Assembly (NCBI GenBank): GCA_040954595.2
Contig: CM082587.2
Coordinates: 2,695,000 to 2,758,999, forward strand
Length of the DNA stretch: 64,000 nucleotides
Reading direction: 5' to 3'
Source of the DNA: Balanoglossus misakiensis
Lineage: Eukaryota; Animalia; Hemichordata
The notes below the pieces were generated by a model. The model saw nothing but the letters and a program-made list of their open reading frames with translations, was not told the origin of the DNA and did no database searches. Shown here in pieces: positions 38,845-51,900 of this stretch. Both the position numbers and the translations under genes were made by a program. Each line of letters opens with the position of its first letter. Position 1 is the stretch's first letter.

Positions 38845-41800
38845 GTTCGGGATCCGTCACGGCGAGGACACGGATATGATACTGTAATCGCGTCTACGCG
38901 TCCACGCGCTTTACCTGTCGAGTCACCGCCTAGCGTCTCTCTCACCTGCAGTGCCTGAAGAGGAACAATGGATAACGCAGGAGTAGGAAATCGCGGTGCG
39001 CTGTTAATTGGAAATGAACAACACTCTCGTCCGCTCCATGTCTTTGTCACGAGGCCGACTGATTCGTCATGATGTACATTTCCGGGAGACGGGGAGGTGA
39101 AATCGGTTCGAAACCCTCTGTGCTAAGGCGACCGCGTAAGACCGACCTGGACGGGTCCTCCTCTCTGACTAGACTGTGTTATCAAAATTGAGCGACCTCA
39201 CGGAGACAGGACGCCAGTACGCAGGTCTGTTCGGGGAAGGCAAGTGACGTGTGGGCCAACTCAGCTGGCGCTGTGCTTTTTAATTGGCTCGCCCCATTAA
39301 AATATTACACAGGCCGTACCCCCGAAATGTAAACACACGCACAAAGGCAGGACTTCCCTGAGTCAATTTTTAGATCCAGTCACAATGGGAAACGGTACAA
39401 ACGTTCCAAAATGTCAGCTAGAAACATTTAATGCAGTTCGAGTGGATGTATCCATATACAGTATGTACCCACTTCAGAGCGCCAGTAGAACCGAGACAAG
39501 AATTAGCCGCCACTTGCCGCAAAATGCGAGAGGGGGGTTCTGTAAAGATAATTAAAACTGCATTAATCCGCAGAATGTTTCTGTAATACTATCATTGTGG
39601 GAAAGAAATCATAGTGTCGGGATCAGAGTTAAAAGCCGTCTGTTCTATCACACGCAGGAACCTGTCAACGTTAAAGTGGTCGATGGTTTTTAACTGCCCA
39701 AGGGGACGGGTAGCCTATCGGTCAGACGCACTAACGGTCAAACAGCTCTATAAATTCCGTGTCCTGAGTGCGGCCGGGCATAAATAAATATTTACGCCTG
39801 TCTGATCACTCCAACAAACGAAAGAAACAGAAGGTAATCCCAGAATAATTAAGGCGAGGCGAGGCGTAACCATGGTAACTTATTCAAGTCGCACAGAACG
39901 CGCGTCGGTTTTTTTTCCTGCAGAATCGGGGAGGACGCAAAGCGAGTAGGTGGACGCTAATTAATTCGCTTCGCTTCATCGTCCACGGAGAACTGGTGTT
40001 GATCTCGGGTTTAACGTAAACAAAACTCCAGGGGATGACTGAAAATCACGTTTTGGACAAGTAACCATATTCGAATGTATACAGGGTGGCGATTGGACGA
40101 AAGAGTGAGTTTCATCATCACCGACCCTCTCGACTATCAATACTTTTACGCGTTCATCCTTGTGACCATCTGATGCGAACCCGATCATGTATGCATGGTT
40201 TGCTTGGTCGTCACGTTGCGAGAGCGCAGTTCTGCCAACACCAGCTCACAGTACTCGCTTTATTTGTTCAATGATGTATTCCATGACCTCTCGTAAATCG
40301 CTATAAAATACTATCGAACAAAATAAATCGTCCAAATTCGCTAATTGACTGGTTCACTGCAGCCATGGCAACAGGAAGACAGACAGATATTCATTTTATT
40401 TATCTATCTCTTCATTTAATTTTTTTCGACAACACAGCCAAAGAAAAATGAAACTCATAATAAACATCCACACGCCATACTTGACATATTAAGCCCCGTC
40501 TTAGCACTAGATTGTCCCAGCGGCATGAGTCATTCTTGCATAGGCGTATGAACCCACCGTTAACAGGTAAAGGCCATTTGTGTGCGTGGTCAAACCTGTC
40601 GCCCATTTCCTTTGTTTTGTGTTTTCATTGTAATAAGTCAGGTATTTGATATTACCATGACATGAGCGAACTTAAAAAATATTTGTTCGTTCCGTGGGCG
40701 TATGAGCAAGAGAGAAAAAAATTACGTCGCCACAGAGCGCGATTCTGTCCATCATTTTTAAGAGCGTTGAATAATGCATGACGCGTCCACAGTTGTATTT
40801 TTCGCAGTGCAGACGAAGTGGCAAGGGCTTTGACTCTCCGCCCACGTTGTTTTATCGCACTTCTCTCTGTTTATCTCGATCTCCTCTTCCTTATCGGCGC
40901 ACAAATAGACCGGTGTCGCGTTTGTTCTGGTTCGGAGACGAGATAGCCAGGCGCGTGTTGCGTGTCCTTTGGTCATACTCATTCCACGTTATGGTCTGAC
41001 GCTTTGGATGAGTTCTTGGTAAAAAAAAAAAAAAGGTCCCGCGCCGAACTACGCTACACTGTCTGTTCAAAACACATGCTATTAGACGTTCTCCAGTGAG
41101 CTGATTACAGATTCGTTCTCCAGAAAATTGTGATCGGTTCCACTTGACAAGTTTGCGGAGGCAGACCGAAAGTTTATGCATCGCATCACACGGTAATGCA
41201 ACCGGCGCTTTCGCCTTAGTTGACGTATTTCCCGTTCATTAAATCGCCCATACAGTAGACAAAAAAGAGAAAGAAAATCTGCGGCAGTAAATTAGATTGT
41301 AGGATTTTCTACCGACACGGAAATCAGAAAGGTTTCACGAGGGTAAAGGTTATATACGGCCCCCGCCGTCGTAAACATGTTTGTCTGTAGCGTCCACAAG
41401 TATACCGTGCCATTGTCCTGAACTCCTATTGTCTGTGCCTCTATACTGAAACACCCTTAAGCGTTCATTTATCGTCTTTGGCAAATGTTGTCCAGTGGAT
41501 GTCCCGGGGTCTTTGACCCGCAGGTTTATCAAACTCTCATTAGTCAGTCTCTGGAGAGCTAATCAATTTTGAGAGTGGATTCACTTGGATATTTTTAACC
41601 TCCGAGGCCATGACACACAGATGTAGTCAGAATGGCCAAACATATTTTTCTTACGTCATCTCGAGAGTTACAAAATATGTCGGAGTTGGTACATCTGACT
41701 GATATAGGAACTTTGTGAAAATAACGGTTACGAGGGAGGGGAGGGTTCATATGTAACAATAGATAACGTGTTTAGACATTCAGTCAATCTTATGTGAGCT

Positions 41801-44160
41801 TCCAGACAACGTACTTTGAACTGTCTGTTCGAACTGAGGTGCAAACCATTTCAGTACAATCACTGACGTAAGCCGTTACTTAAACACAGAGCCTGCCGCC
41901 TTCCATTGAAAGTCTCGTTCGTGACAGTTTAATAGGTCGCTGCAGTTGCAACCGGTGGCATGATGGACAACCCAGCCTCGGAAATGGCGCATGATTTCGT
42001 CACATTATAACCGGACCTGACACATATGATAAGATATCAATATATATCACCGTTATCATTTAACACTCTGTGTATGGTAAAAATAAAATGTAATTTTATA
42101 ATAAATGATACCACTGATGCATCATCAATAATGAACTGCAATTTTTTTCAAGGCAAGTCCCTGTCTAATGACATTTCAAGGCACCTGACAGCTGCGATAT
42201 TTTCATCCGTTGTTGATCAGCCGCTGCGATATTCCGAAGTCAATAACAACATTCCTGTCTGGATCAACAGGTGGTTTATAGCGGCGGAAACGCCTGTTTC
42301 AAATATTTACAAATGGCGGTATTCTACAAGGCGTGCACTTTGTAGTTATTTTTAGCAAAGCACTCTTGAAGATGATTCATGTGTGCGTTACACATGAAAA
42401 GGCTATTTTGGACGCAAATTTATGGGGAGTAGAAGTAATTGAACTGAAGGTATGTGTATGTACCACGTGCGCAAAGTTTCGCATTGGAACGCGTGTGGCG
42501 CCCTCTACAGCCACGATAGTTAGGGGGCTTTTGTTTTTCCTACAAAAGTTAAATGGGACAGTCTCATACGCGCGATTTCAGGCAGACACAGACAATTACT
42601 ATGTCCCAATAACAACTTCGTTTTAATACAGAATAAACAGCTGGGCTGCGGTTACCACATACAACTAAAGCCTCCTTACAAATGGCAACGAAGCCTCCAA
42701 ATGCAGCTATCATGAGTTTTAGAGTTATACGGTGAAATAGATATGTACATAAACACACAAATAAAATGGAAAATAAAATACCAACAACATCCCAGTCTGG
42801 ACAGACTTGAAAAATAATAGCAATGCTATGGTATACAACAAAATGTATTTCTCAACCTCAAAATTGGAGGCTACCAAGACAATATAACGCTTTAATTAAA
42901 TTGGTCGGTAAACATCTAGTGGGATTGACTCAAATAAATAAAAATAAAACAATAAATATTTTAAACTCTTGGGAATGCTATTTTTAAACTGAATATTGGG
43001 GCATAAAATAAATAAATATTTTTTTTGTTTTGACTGTAAATTTAATTACAGAGACATCCCACACTAGAGTTAACAACAGAACAGATAAATGTAAGTAATC
43101 CCTTTTTTCCGTTCCCACAAGAAGGATTTTGCAATTCAACTTGTGGGTGCTTGTATTCTTGGCAGCCAATGGAGGTGGCAGGCCAGGGCGGGCTAGGTCT
43201 GCAGAAGTACAGCTACTACAGTTTTTCATCCAGGGTGGTATCAACAGGGGGTCGGGTGGGGGGGGGGCTGTCCAATAACTTGAATTGGGAGGGGGACATT
43301 GCACTCTGGACTGCAACTTGTCTAAATGAAACACTGTAACTGTTTTTTTTCTCACAATATTAACAAAAATCATAATATCTAGTAAATTTCTGTAGTGCTA
43401 TCTGGTTAACACTACAAACATAATTGATGACACTTCGAAAGGATTGAGAAAAGTCATGATTTGAATAAATAAATACGATAGACAATTCAGAGCCTGAGGA
43501 ACTTGACCATCGTTTCCTCCTGCAATCCACCCCTTCTAACAGTACATGAGTGGCCGTTGAAAAACAAACGGGTGATACCAAATGGCAATGGTGGTACGGG
43601 TAAGAACAACCTAAAACGGTGGTGAGTGAGTTTTAAAAATGTTTAGATTGTCTAATAGGAAAATATGTCTGGTTTAAATCTCCCTTATTTTACAAATAAT
43701 AAATATCTTTTCTTGTAAAAGGCGTCTATAATATAATATTACTTACTGAACTGGACTAGAGTCTTGCATATTTCTACACTTCTGTGACACAGCTACAGAT
43801 AACTTTCACTAAGTACCTTTACATCAGTCTGAAGATAGTCACTTTTCGGAAATCAAAAGGCCACAAGCTGGCACTACGTTAGTCCACATCACGCATGAGC
43901 ACCCCCAACGACAGAAATTGCCACAACATATGAAAGTTCATAAAGATGACGTTGGGGGCACTGCAGGCCACCAGACATGTGCCCACTACCCCAAACATGT
44001 TGAAGTTCACCAGATATACATATTAAGTAGCAACAGTATCATTAGCACCATAAACTCAATATTATGCACAAAATAATGTTTCTCACATAGTACCCAGTAA
44101 CTCTTTGTCTCTACACATGTACAGAAAGCTGCCTTTGTCAGCAAATTTTCCCCAAATTTA

Positions 44161-44962
44161 GGCTGCATTCACAAACACCTCTGGAGGGGGGGGCAGGAGA
44201 ATTGAGGGGGGGGATTTGAAAAAATTGAGGGTATGTAAGGGGGGGGATTTGAAATAATTTAGGGACTGAAAGGGGGGGACTTGAAAACTTTAACGACTAA
44301 ATATTTATTTTGAGTCCACAAAAATGCAGTTTCGCACCCTTTAATTTACAAAATTTTCTAATGTGGGAGGGGGACACCCACCCCCTCCATTCATCAACAC
44401 CTTTCAATCATTGACTGGTTTATCTAGTGTCCCAGGTCAGGGGACTTGCCCCACCCCATGATAACTTTGAGCGCCGACGGTTAAATTTTTCCTCCCCAAC
44501 ATACCGGTAGTTGAGTTAATTTGCTTTTGCCGGGTTCATTAAAATGCAGCTTTGAGCTCTGTATTTTAGAAAATTTTCTTACGTGGGAGGGGGACACCCC
44601 CTCCCAAACCCACCCCCTTCAATTCTCAGTGTACAATGTCTCCCAACACAGAATACAAATATATGTACTTAAAAAATAAAAACAATAAAAACAATGTTCA
44701 GTTTTAATACCCACTGATGAGGGGAAACATCAGTTTCAAATTCTTTTTATGGGAGCGCTGTTTTTCTTTTTACAAGATAGATAGGTGATGTGTTTTGCTC
44801 TGTGAAAGAAAATGGGGGGGGGGGGGGATTTCAAAATTTTGGCAGTTCGGAAGGGGGGGATTTGAAAATATTGGCAGTTCGGAAGGGGGGCATGTGAAAA
44901 TTAGCGGTAAAAAAAATTGAATTCTCCCGCCCCCCCCTCCAGAGGTGTTTGTGAATGCAGCC
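44161..44962. mobile_element. Non-autonomous DNA transposon (MITE), PIF/Harbinger-like, ~800 bp
   Basis: Terminal inverted repeats GGCTGCATTCACAAACACCTCTGGAGGGGGGG / CCCCCCCTCCAGAGGTGTTTGTGAATGCAGCC; TTA on both flanks (44158-44160, 44963-44965) as a 3-bp target-site duplication; no transposase ORF. Confidence 0.88.
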
Positions 44963-45670
44963 TTACTGGAAAATTTCATATTTTTTTCAACCCATTTTTG
45001 ACGAGTTTTGGCAACAGTTGTGTCACAATGGGGGAAAAGAGAAAGCATCTATGGCCATTGTTGTTGCCATACATTGTATATAAAAGGCAATTTATAGGCC
45101 AACGCTTCCTCCAAAAGTCAATCACCATTCTGATGCAGAACAAAATGTTGAAACAAAAGTAATGCCAACTCATTTTGTTCAGTTCTACTGACAAAGTACT
45201 GTCTCCCTCCTGCACATATCAAAATATTTCATGTCAGTATTTCTTAGCACAGAGACAATTGGAAGTGTTATAAAATATGGATGAGAAAATTGTTGAGTCG
45301 AGACAACGGTGATTCTACAAAACCGACATGAAAGTTGGAGATGGCAGTTGTACTTTTACCAAAACCATGAACAGTCCCATCACAAAAAAAAGAGGAAAGA
45401 AAAACCAAAAAAAGTCAGTAATACGTCACACTCATGTGCGTGTTTCGGAACCAGTTCTTGCAACTCTTTCATTGCAAACCGTTCAAAGCGGAGATACTGG
45501 CCAGTCTTCATAGAGTGTGTACTTGTCTGTCGTGTTTGTTTTCCTTTCCAAGAACAAGACTGCAGAGGTCATACAAGATGCCTTTCAAAATCACACTGAT
45601 GATTCAAAGAGTCTCTCTAAGCTACATGATTCCGATGTTGGTAACACATAAACCAGTCAAAGCTCTTCCT

Positions 45671-45923
45671 TCAGCAGTGACTACTTTTAAAATCGCCATT
45701 GAGTGGAAATTTCTGTGACGGGCGTGGACTACCGGCTGCACCGTTCCTGGACTGTAAGTGGTAACGTTCCTTGAGTTGCGCCAACGCCGCCATGAGTTTG
45801 GTGTTGGCAGCGTCTAGAGTCTCTATCTGTTTTTCTTGTGCGTCGATGATTTTCTGTTTGGAGACCACCACAGCCTGCATTGCTTTCTGTTCTTGTTTCA
45901 GTTCGTCTTCAACACACATCAAT
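45671..45923 (-). CDS. RasGAP terminal coding exon
   Basis: [12 protein letters not shown]...[26 protein letters not shown]...NGDFKSSHC*. Confidence 0.94.
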
Positions 45924-48900
45924 CTGTAGGGGAGACAAAGAATGATCAGTGGTGTCAAAAACACATGAAGTTGGTGAGGTAATTCTTTCTAGCAGATGAG
46001 AAATGAGACAATGACAAAAATTAACACTAAAATGTGTTCAATAAACCAAAACAACACTGAGTAACAAATCCAGAAAAAAAGCTGTGAATGGATTAATGTT
46101 GGATGATCCATGTTGGTTATTGGACAAATAAGAATTGAGAGATTAGCAGTGTTATCCCATGAACATCGACAAGCATGACATTTACGTCATTAGCATATTG
46201 ACAGACAACACACCTGTTAAATCAACAAACAATTCAGGAACTTAACCACTGAAAATAAACTACCCTTATAATGTTAAGAACCTTGACAAATCATGAACTT
46301 TTATAATATGAAAAGAGCACACAAGACTTCTGTTAAACTTCAAAACAAAATGCTCAAAGTCTCTTACAACTTCTGATACAGGGAACTTATTTTATTTCCG
46401 AGATCATGTTGACTGCATGGACAGGCCTGGAAAGGTTTTCCCTCCATTATGATTTGGTGGTAAAATAGGCATGCTGGGATCTGGAAGAAAGCTGGAACCC
46501 TGTGATGCGTATGTGCATGTGTGTGTGTGTCAGCCAACTATGTGCCTAGGTCACCCCTGGCCAATAAGTGGAGGATCTCTCAGCACAGCAGGTGTATAAC
46601 CTACAAGTTTGGACCAAAGTACATGTGCCATGGTGTTAACAGATCTCTGCCATACAAATAAACATGCAGGTTTCATTTCTTTTTAATGAAGCAGCCAATA
46701 GGATTTCTGCGCCAACATGACACAATGCATTCTGGGAATTTTCAGGAACATTTGCCCAGGGAGGCCTGGCACAGACATGTATTAACAGTCGGTTTTAATT
46801 GACTAATACATTTTATAGTATTAGCTTGACATGACATTAATTTTAAACATCTGCTTTTTATGGGTCGGTTGAGGTTTTAATTGTTTATCATGTTCAACCT
46901 AAATTCCAAGTGGTACAGTCTGTCTGACTGTGGCAAATATTATCTAGAACTTTGCATCTGAAGTTATTTGTAGGGTGGGTGCAGATACAACATTACACAA
47001 CTCATAAATTATACAACATACCAGGCTACGAAGCTGGCATGTCAATATCTTCATGAGTGACAATTTACGTAATGAAACATTTGTCAGGGTTAAAGATCAA
47101 AGGTCAACTAAATCAAGGGTTATCCAGTCACCCTGGATTTTGCAGACCCAGATTTGGGCCACATTTTATCTCCAGGGCAAAGATCCCTGGGGGGAATATT
47201 GTTTTTCATTGTTTACTTTCATTTCAGCAAATGTAAACAGATTTTGAAATTGTAAACACCAAGTGTAACCAAATGTGGACTAGGTGACCTGCCTACTATT
47301 TCATTTCAAATAAACAACGACAGCACCAAGCTGTGTCGGCAATGATTAAATGTCCAGGAAGTCAAAAAAGGGCAAGTCAGGCCAACATACATTGAAATGC
47401 AAAGCTACAATATAAAATTAAAACTATGCAGGAAATTTCTATTGTAATCGTGATTATACTCAAAAAGATCAGTGTCTGGAGTTATACAACCCTGTATAAA
47501 AATTATTCAATAAACTATCATAATGAAATTGAACAGGAACTTCCCTTTTTAATGACACTGGTTTGTTATATAAAATTACTCCCTCTTTGGCTGTTAAACT
47601 AGCACCATTTAATTGAAGAATTCTCTCTCAAATTTGATAACGTTTTTAGCAGTTCCATAAAAATGACGACTGTGGACATTAAACTGAGGTAATAACATTC
47701 CTGGCATAACTCTACTGAGGTTACATATCTGCAGTTAATCAATATGGATAGGCAATAATAGATATTTAAAAAGGAACGGGCCATATGCAGAAAGTTTTAG
47801 TTTATGTGATTATGTCAGGCATCTGACTGTACAAGTATGTATTAATTATGTATTAATTTTCATTTCCCCGTCATTAATCTTCATAGGGTGGGGCCATTTC
47901 TGACATAGTTGTTCTGTTTGTGTATATTGGCAGTGAAACATGCTTCTGGTGCATATATGGAAGCTGTGTACAGGAATTTGTCATATCAGATCTTAATAAT
48001 TGTGGCTTGCCATGTATATATCATGTCCCAGCTCAGTGTTCAGAGCATAAAGGCAGGCTAGTTTTTTTCTGCTAAATTACGGCGATAGTTTGGATTTTTT
48101 TTTTTGGGGGGGGAGGAGGGGAAATCAGCTGAGACTGAGAGGTGCATGCTAGTGATCTGGACTAGCTTGATAAGATGGCTCAGGCAAGAATAGTATGCAG
48201 ATTTTTGAGAACACAGAAACCAGACTGATTCAAAAGATGATGAGAGCGCGTGAGAGAAAATAGATAGGGGCACAGATATGGCATGGAGAATGAAGGAACA
48301 CTGGCAGGACATGCAGAACAGTATCAGCTTTATTCGACCCGGGTAAACATTACACAGGACCAGACCAATAAATACACATAAAAAGGCAACATACATGAAA
48401 GTCTATATACAAATATGAATAAGAGTGATAAAACTATCTATGTGATATCGCAGCTTGAGAAATTAAGAGAAACCAAATATAAATATTCCTTAATGTACCC
48501 CTAGTTAAGAACACAAAAGTACATGTACATACCAAGGGCTTTCTCTGAAGCATGGTAGAACAAAAAATTATACACATAAATAAATCAAATGTCTCTCTTA
48601 TTTTAATCATTGGGAAAGACTGAATGAAATCCATTTTTTATGTGCGTATCAAAGCGCTGTCAGTGGTTCAAAACTTTAAAGCTCTGGTTTGTTTGTGGGA
48701 TGACTTGCTCGTGTTAGGATACAAGACAAGGCCTGATTGGCTGGTGAGTTCTAACCCTATCAGTTCACATCCAATCAGAGGCAGTCATCGCCCTATACAG
48801 ATGTCCTGATTGGCTGCTGGATTCTAACCCTAGGAAATTTCAGTCAGTGTTCAAAACTAGTCTTGCATGACTGTGTCATAATTTACAACAGGTTCACTGA

Positions 48901-51900
48901 TTTGCTGCTGCACTGTTCAGCTTTGAAGATTAGCCAATCAGAGAATGACTTGCATTTCAGACATACAGTGCTCTTCTCCAATGAGTCTGAAGTGCATTTT
49001 GAACGTACAGTGGGTGCCATATTGTGCTTGGCATTCAAACAGTGAAACCTAACCTCTTGACATATTCCAAGACTTGTATTTTAAAGTTGACCGACAGCAA
49101 ACATGTCTTCACTTCATTAAAATTCATTCATACATAATCTTTAAGCAAAAAATTTTAATTTCACAATTCTGAAATGTCTTTGTTTTCATCTCCAGTTTTA
49201 AAAGAACCAAAGAGTTTTTGTTTAGTCACTTTATACCCACGCATCAAACAGTAACCATGGCAACATGCTCAAATCAAAACCATTATTATTTTACCCCAGT
49301 TTTTAATAATTTAGATAAATGACTCCTTGTTTTTAGGCAGTGCAATGTATCACTTAGAACAGTGATGACCATGGGATACGCAAAAACGTGACATCAACCT
49401 GAACTATCTGAAGTAGAGGAAGATATTGTCTCTTGATTGCTATTCTCTCCATGCACTAGTGAGTAAGTCGAAGGAATCATGCATTACTTGGGTGGGGGGA
49501 GAGTCAAGACAACTAGATACTGAAAACTGAGATCTTGAAACAGAAAGAAAATCATGCAAACGTTTGACAAAGTTGTTAAATCAGACATAATATCTTTGGT
49601 AGCACACTGAGCTTTCTTGTAAATATGCGACACTTGAGAATAAAAAAGTGTTTGATTAAACGATCCAATTCAGTTCAAGCAGTGGCAGATCCGTATCATG
49701 GATGCTGAAATAGCAGCAAATCGAACAAGCACTTGTTTGAAATAGTGAGTGAACTGGCTAAACAGAACCAAGTCACTAAAAACACTTCTGTGGCCGTTTA
49801 TACCCTGCATTTATGCACATCAGCAACTAGCCCCAACTATTGAGGGACAGTCAGTCCACTGTGACTCTACCTAAAGACAGAACTACATCTAAGAGGCAGA
49901 GATTTCACTTCAAAATTCATCTATACCTTGTAATGATATCTTTGACCTGTTGGTCTTTCTCTTCCTGTTGTCTCCGCAGCTGCTCTTCGCCTTCTTTGAG
50001 CCGGGCTTTCATCTCCAGCACTTCGCGCTGCGACTGGCTCTCCTGGTCCGCCAGCCTGGACTGCGCCTCTGCCAGCTGCACGGACACCAGTTCCAGTTGC
50101 TCCTTGAGCGCCGCCATCTCTTTCTCGTACTGTGGTTGGAAAACCGGAGAGAGGGGGGTTTGAATTCCCGGGGGGAATATGTGGGGACAGACAAGACAGA
50201 CAATCTTCCCTGCAGTTTAGTCAGGGGGGCTATAATAAGTAAACTTATGCTGCAGTGATCTAGCATTGACAATTACCGCAAGGCAAGATTGTGCATCAAA
50301 CTTAAGAATTTTTAGGACAGATTTGTAGTGGCAAATTCACCATTGTGTATGCAAGTATGCATTAATGCACATTTTCTATGCAATTTTCTTTGCAGAGTTA
50401 GGCAGTTTTGTCTTTCAGATATTCAGGCAATTTGTGGCCTACTTTGGCGTACAGAAAAAAGTGTGCAGCTTACGAATGTGTGCAATTACTGTGATTTAGC
50501 GACAGTGGAGCCTACCTCAACAAAAGCATTAGAGTCGAGAGTTGTCTGAGTGGAGATCTCTTGCAAACTTGGCAGCTGGGCGTCCAGCGGCTGATCGCCG
50601 AACGGACCCACCGGGCTGTAAGGCGTGGTTGTGTTGCTGCTGGACGTGGGCGAGAACTGCATAGCAGTGGAGGAGGAAGGGCTGTCGCCGCTGCTAGAGT
50701 CCGACAGCACAGCGGCGTGCAGAGGCTGCGCCATGGTGGTGTACAGCGAGTGCTTCACGGCAGTGTTCACAGTGCGTATTGTCTGGTGTCCGTGGTAGTG
50801 GTGCGTCCTGGTCCTTGGGGTGGAGTCGGTCAGCAGCGACACCGGCCTCGCGGGGCCCTGACTCCGCATGTAACCCACATTGTTCACCGTCAGCGCCGAC
50901 TGCCGGTAGCCCTCGAGGCCCTGCAGTGACTGTTCGATAACGTGACCCCCTTTAGAGCCGAGTTTGGGCAGGGTGTGCGGAGCATCCATCATCCCGGATA
51001 TGCCGTAACTGGGCAGTTTTTCAGGGGAGGGCGTGGTTTCCGTGCTGCTGCTCCCGCTGCCGATGGTGAAGTAAGTCCTGGGGTCCATCGGGAGCGGTGG
51101 GGGCCCGCCGGCGTACGATTCGTACCCCTGCATACTCCTGTTGCTGGCGATGGAGCTCTTGCTGTCGTTTGTCGTCTCGTCGATGTACTTCAGCGATCCA
51201 ACCGACAACTGGTAGACGGGATTACTGAAGGAGAGAGGAAGCGCCTGCGACCGGGCGGCCAAAATTTGCGCCGTGTTTTCCCGATTCCTAGGCGGTGGAG
51301 TTGGCGGACTCACTGGTCTTTCCTGCCTTTCCTGGGTCGGAGAGGGCGACGAGGCACTGGATGGGACTTCTGAGCTCTCTCCCGATGACTGTACCTGGAA
51401 GAGGTCGCAGGACAAGTTGACCCTTCTCAATGGTCCTGTCTCACCTGGAGACTGACTTTCCATGTAGAAACTCTCTCCGTTCCGTATTTCATGCGACTCT
51501 GTCGTCGTCACTGTAGAAGTAGTGGTTGTCTCCTTTCCATCTTCCAGTTTCAGAAATTGCACCAGTGTGTTGACTGCGCTGGATTTCATGCCGCCCAGCA
51601 TGGCGTTATCAAAGGACGGCAGGATGGCCACATCCCCGGAATTGGACAAGTCGGCGTCCTGGAACAGTTTGGCCAGGTGGTCGGGGATGTTGGAGCTGAG
51701 TGATGGGGTGGAGCTGTACAGGGCCATCTTCTTGGCCAACAGTTCTCCGGTGCCGTCCTGGGGCTGCTCCATGGAAGCGTTCAGCTTATCCAGAATATCC
51801 GGCAGAGATTCCAACTTCTCCAGTGCATCCTGCAAAGAAGTGGTGACGAGATGATCAAGGTGAAATTCTCAATAACAAAAATGAATTAAAATGGTGTGAC

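Noticed and set aside
38946-38954. Possible 9-nt micro-exon (cttcag|GCACTGCAG|gtgaga) upstream of the small gene's ATG
   Set aside because: Several competing splice-like sites lie here and all fall 5' of an in-frame stop; the UTR structure cannot be resolved without transcripts.
39976-40188. 70-aa minus-strand ORF upstream of the coiled-coil gene
   Set aside because: Ends in a stop with no good donor linking it to the gene, and I recognise no homology.
49840-51854. Plus-strand ORFs over the RasGAP exons
   Set aside because: Antisense shadows of real minus-strand exons.
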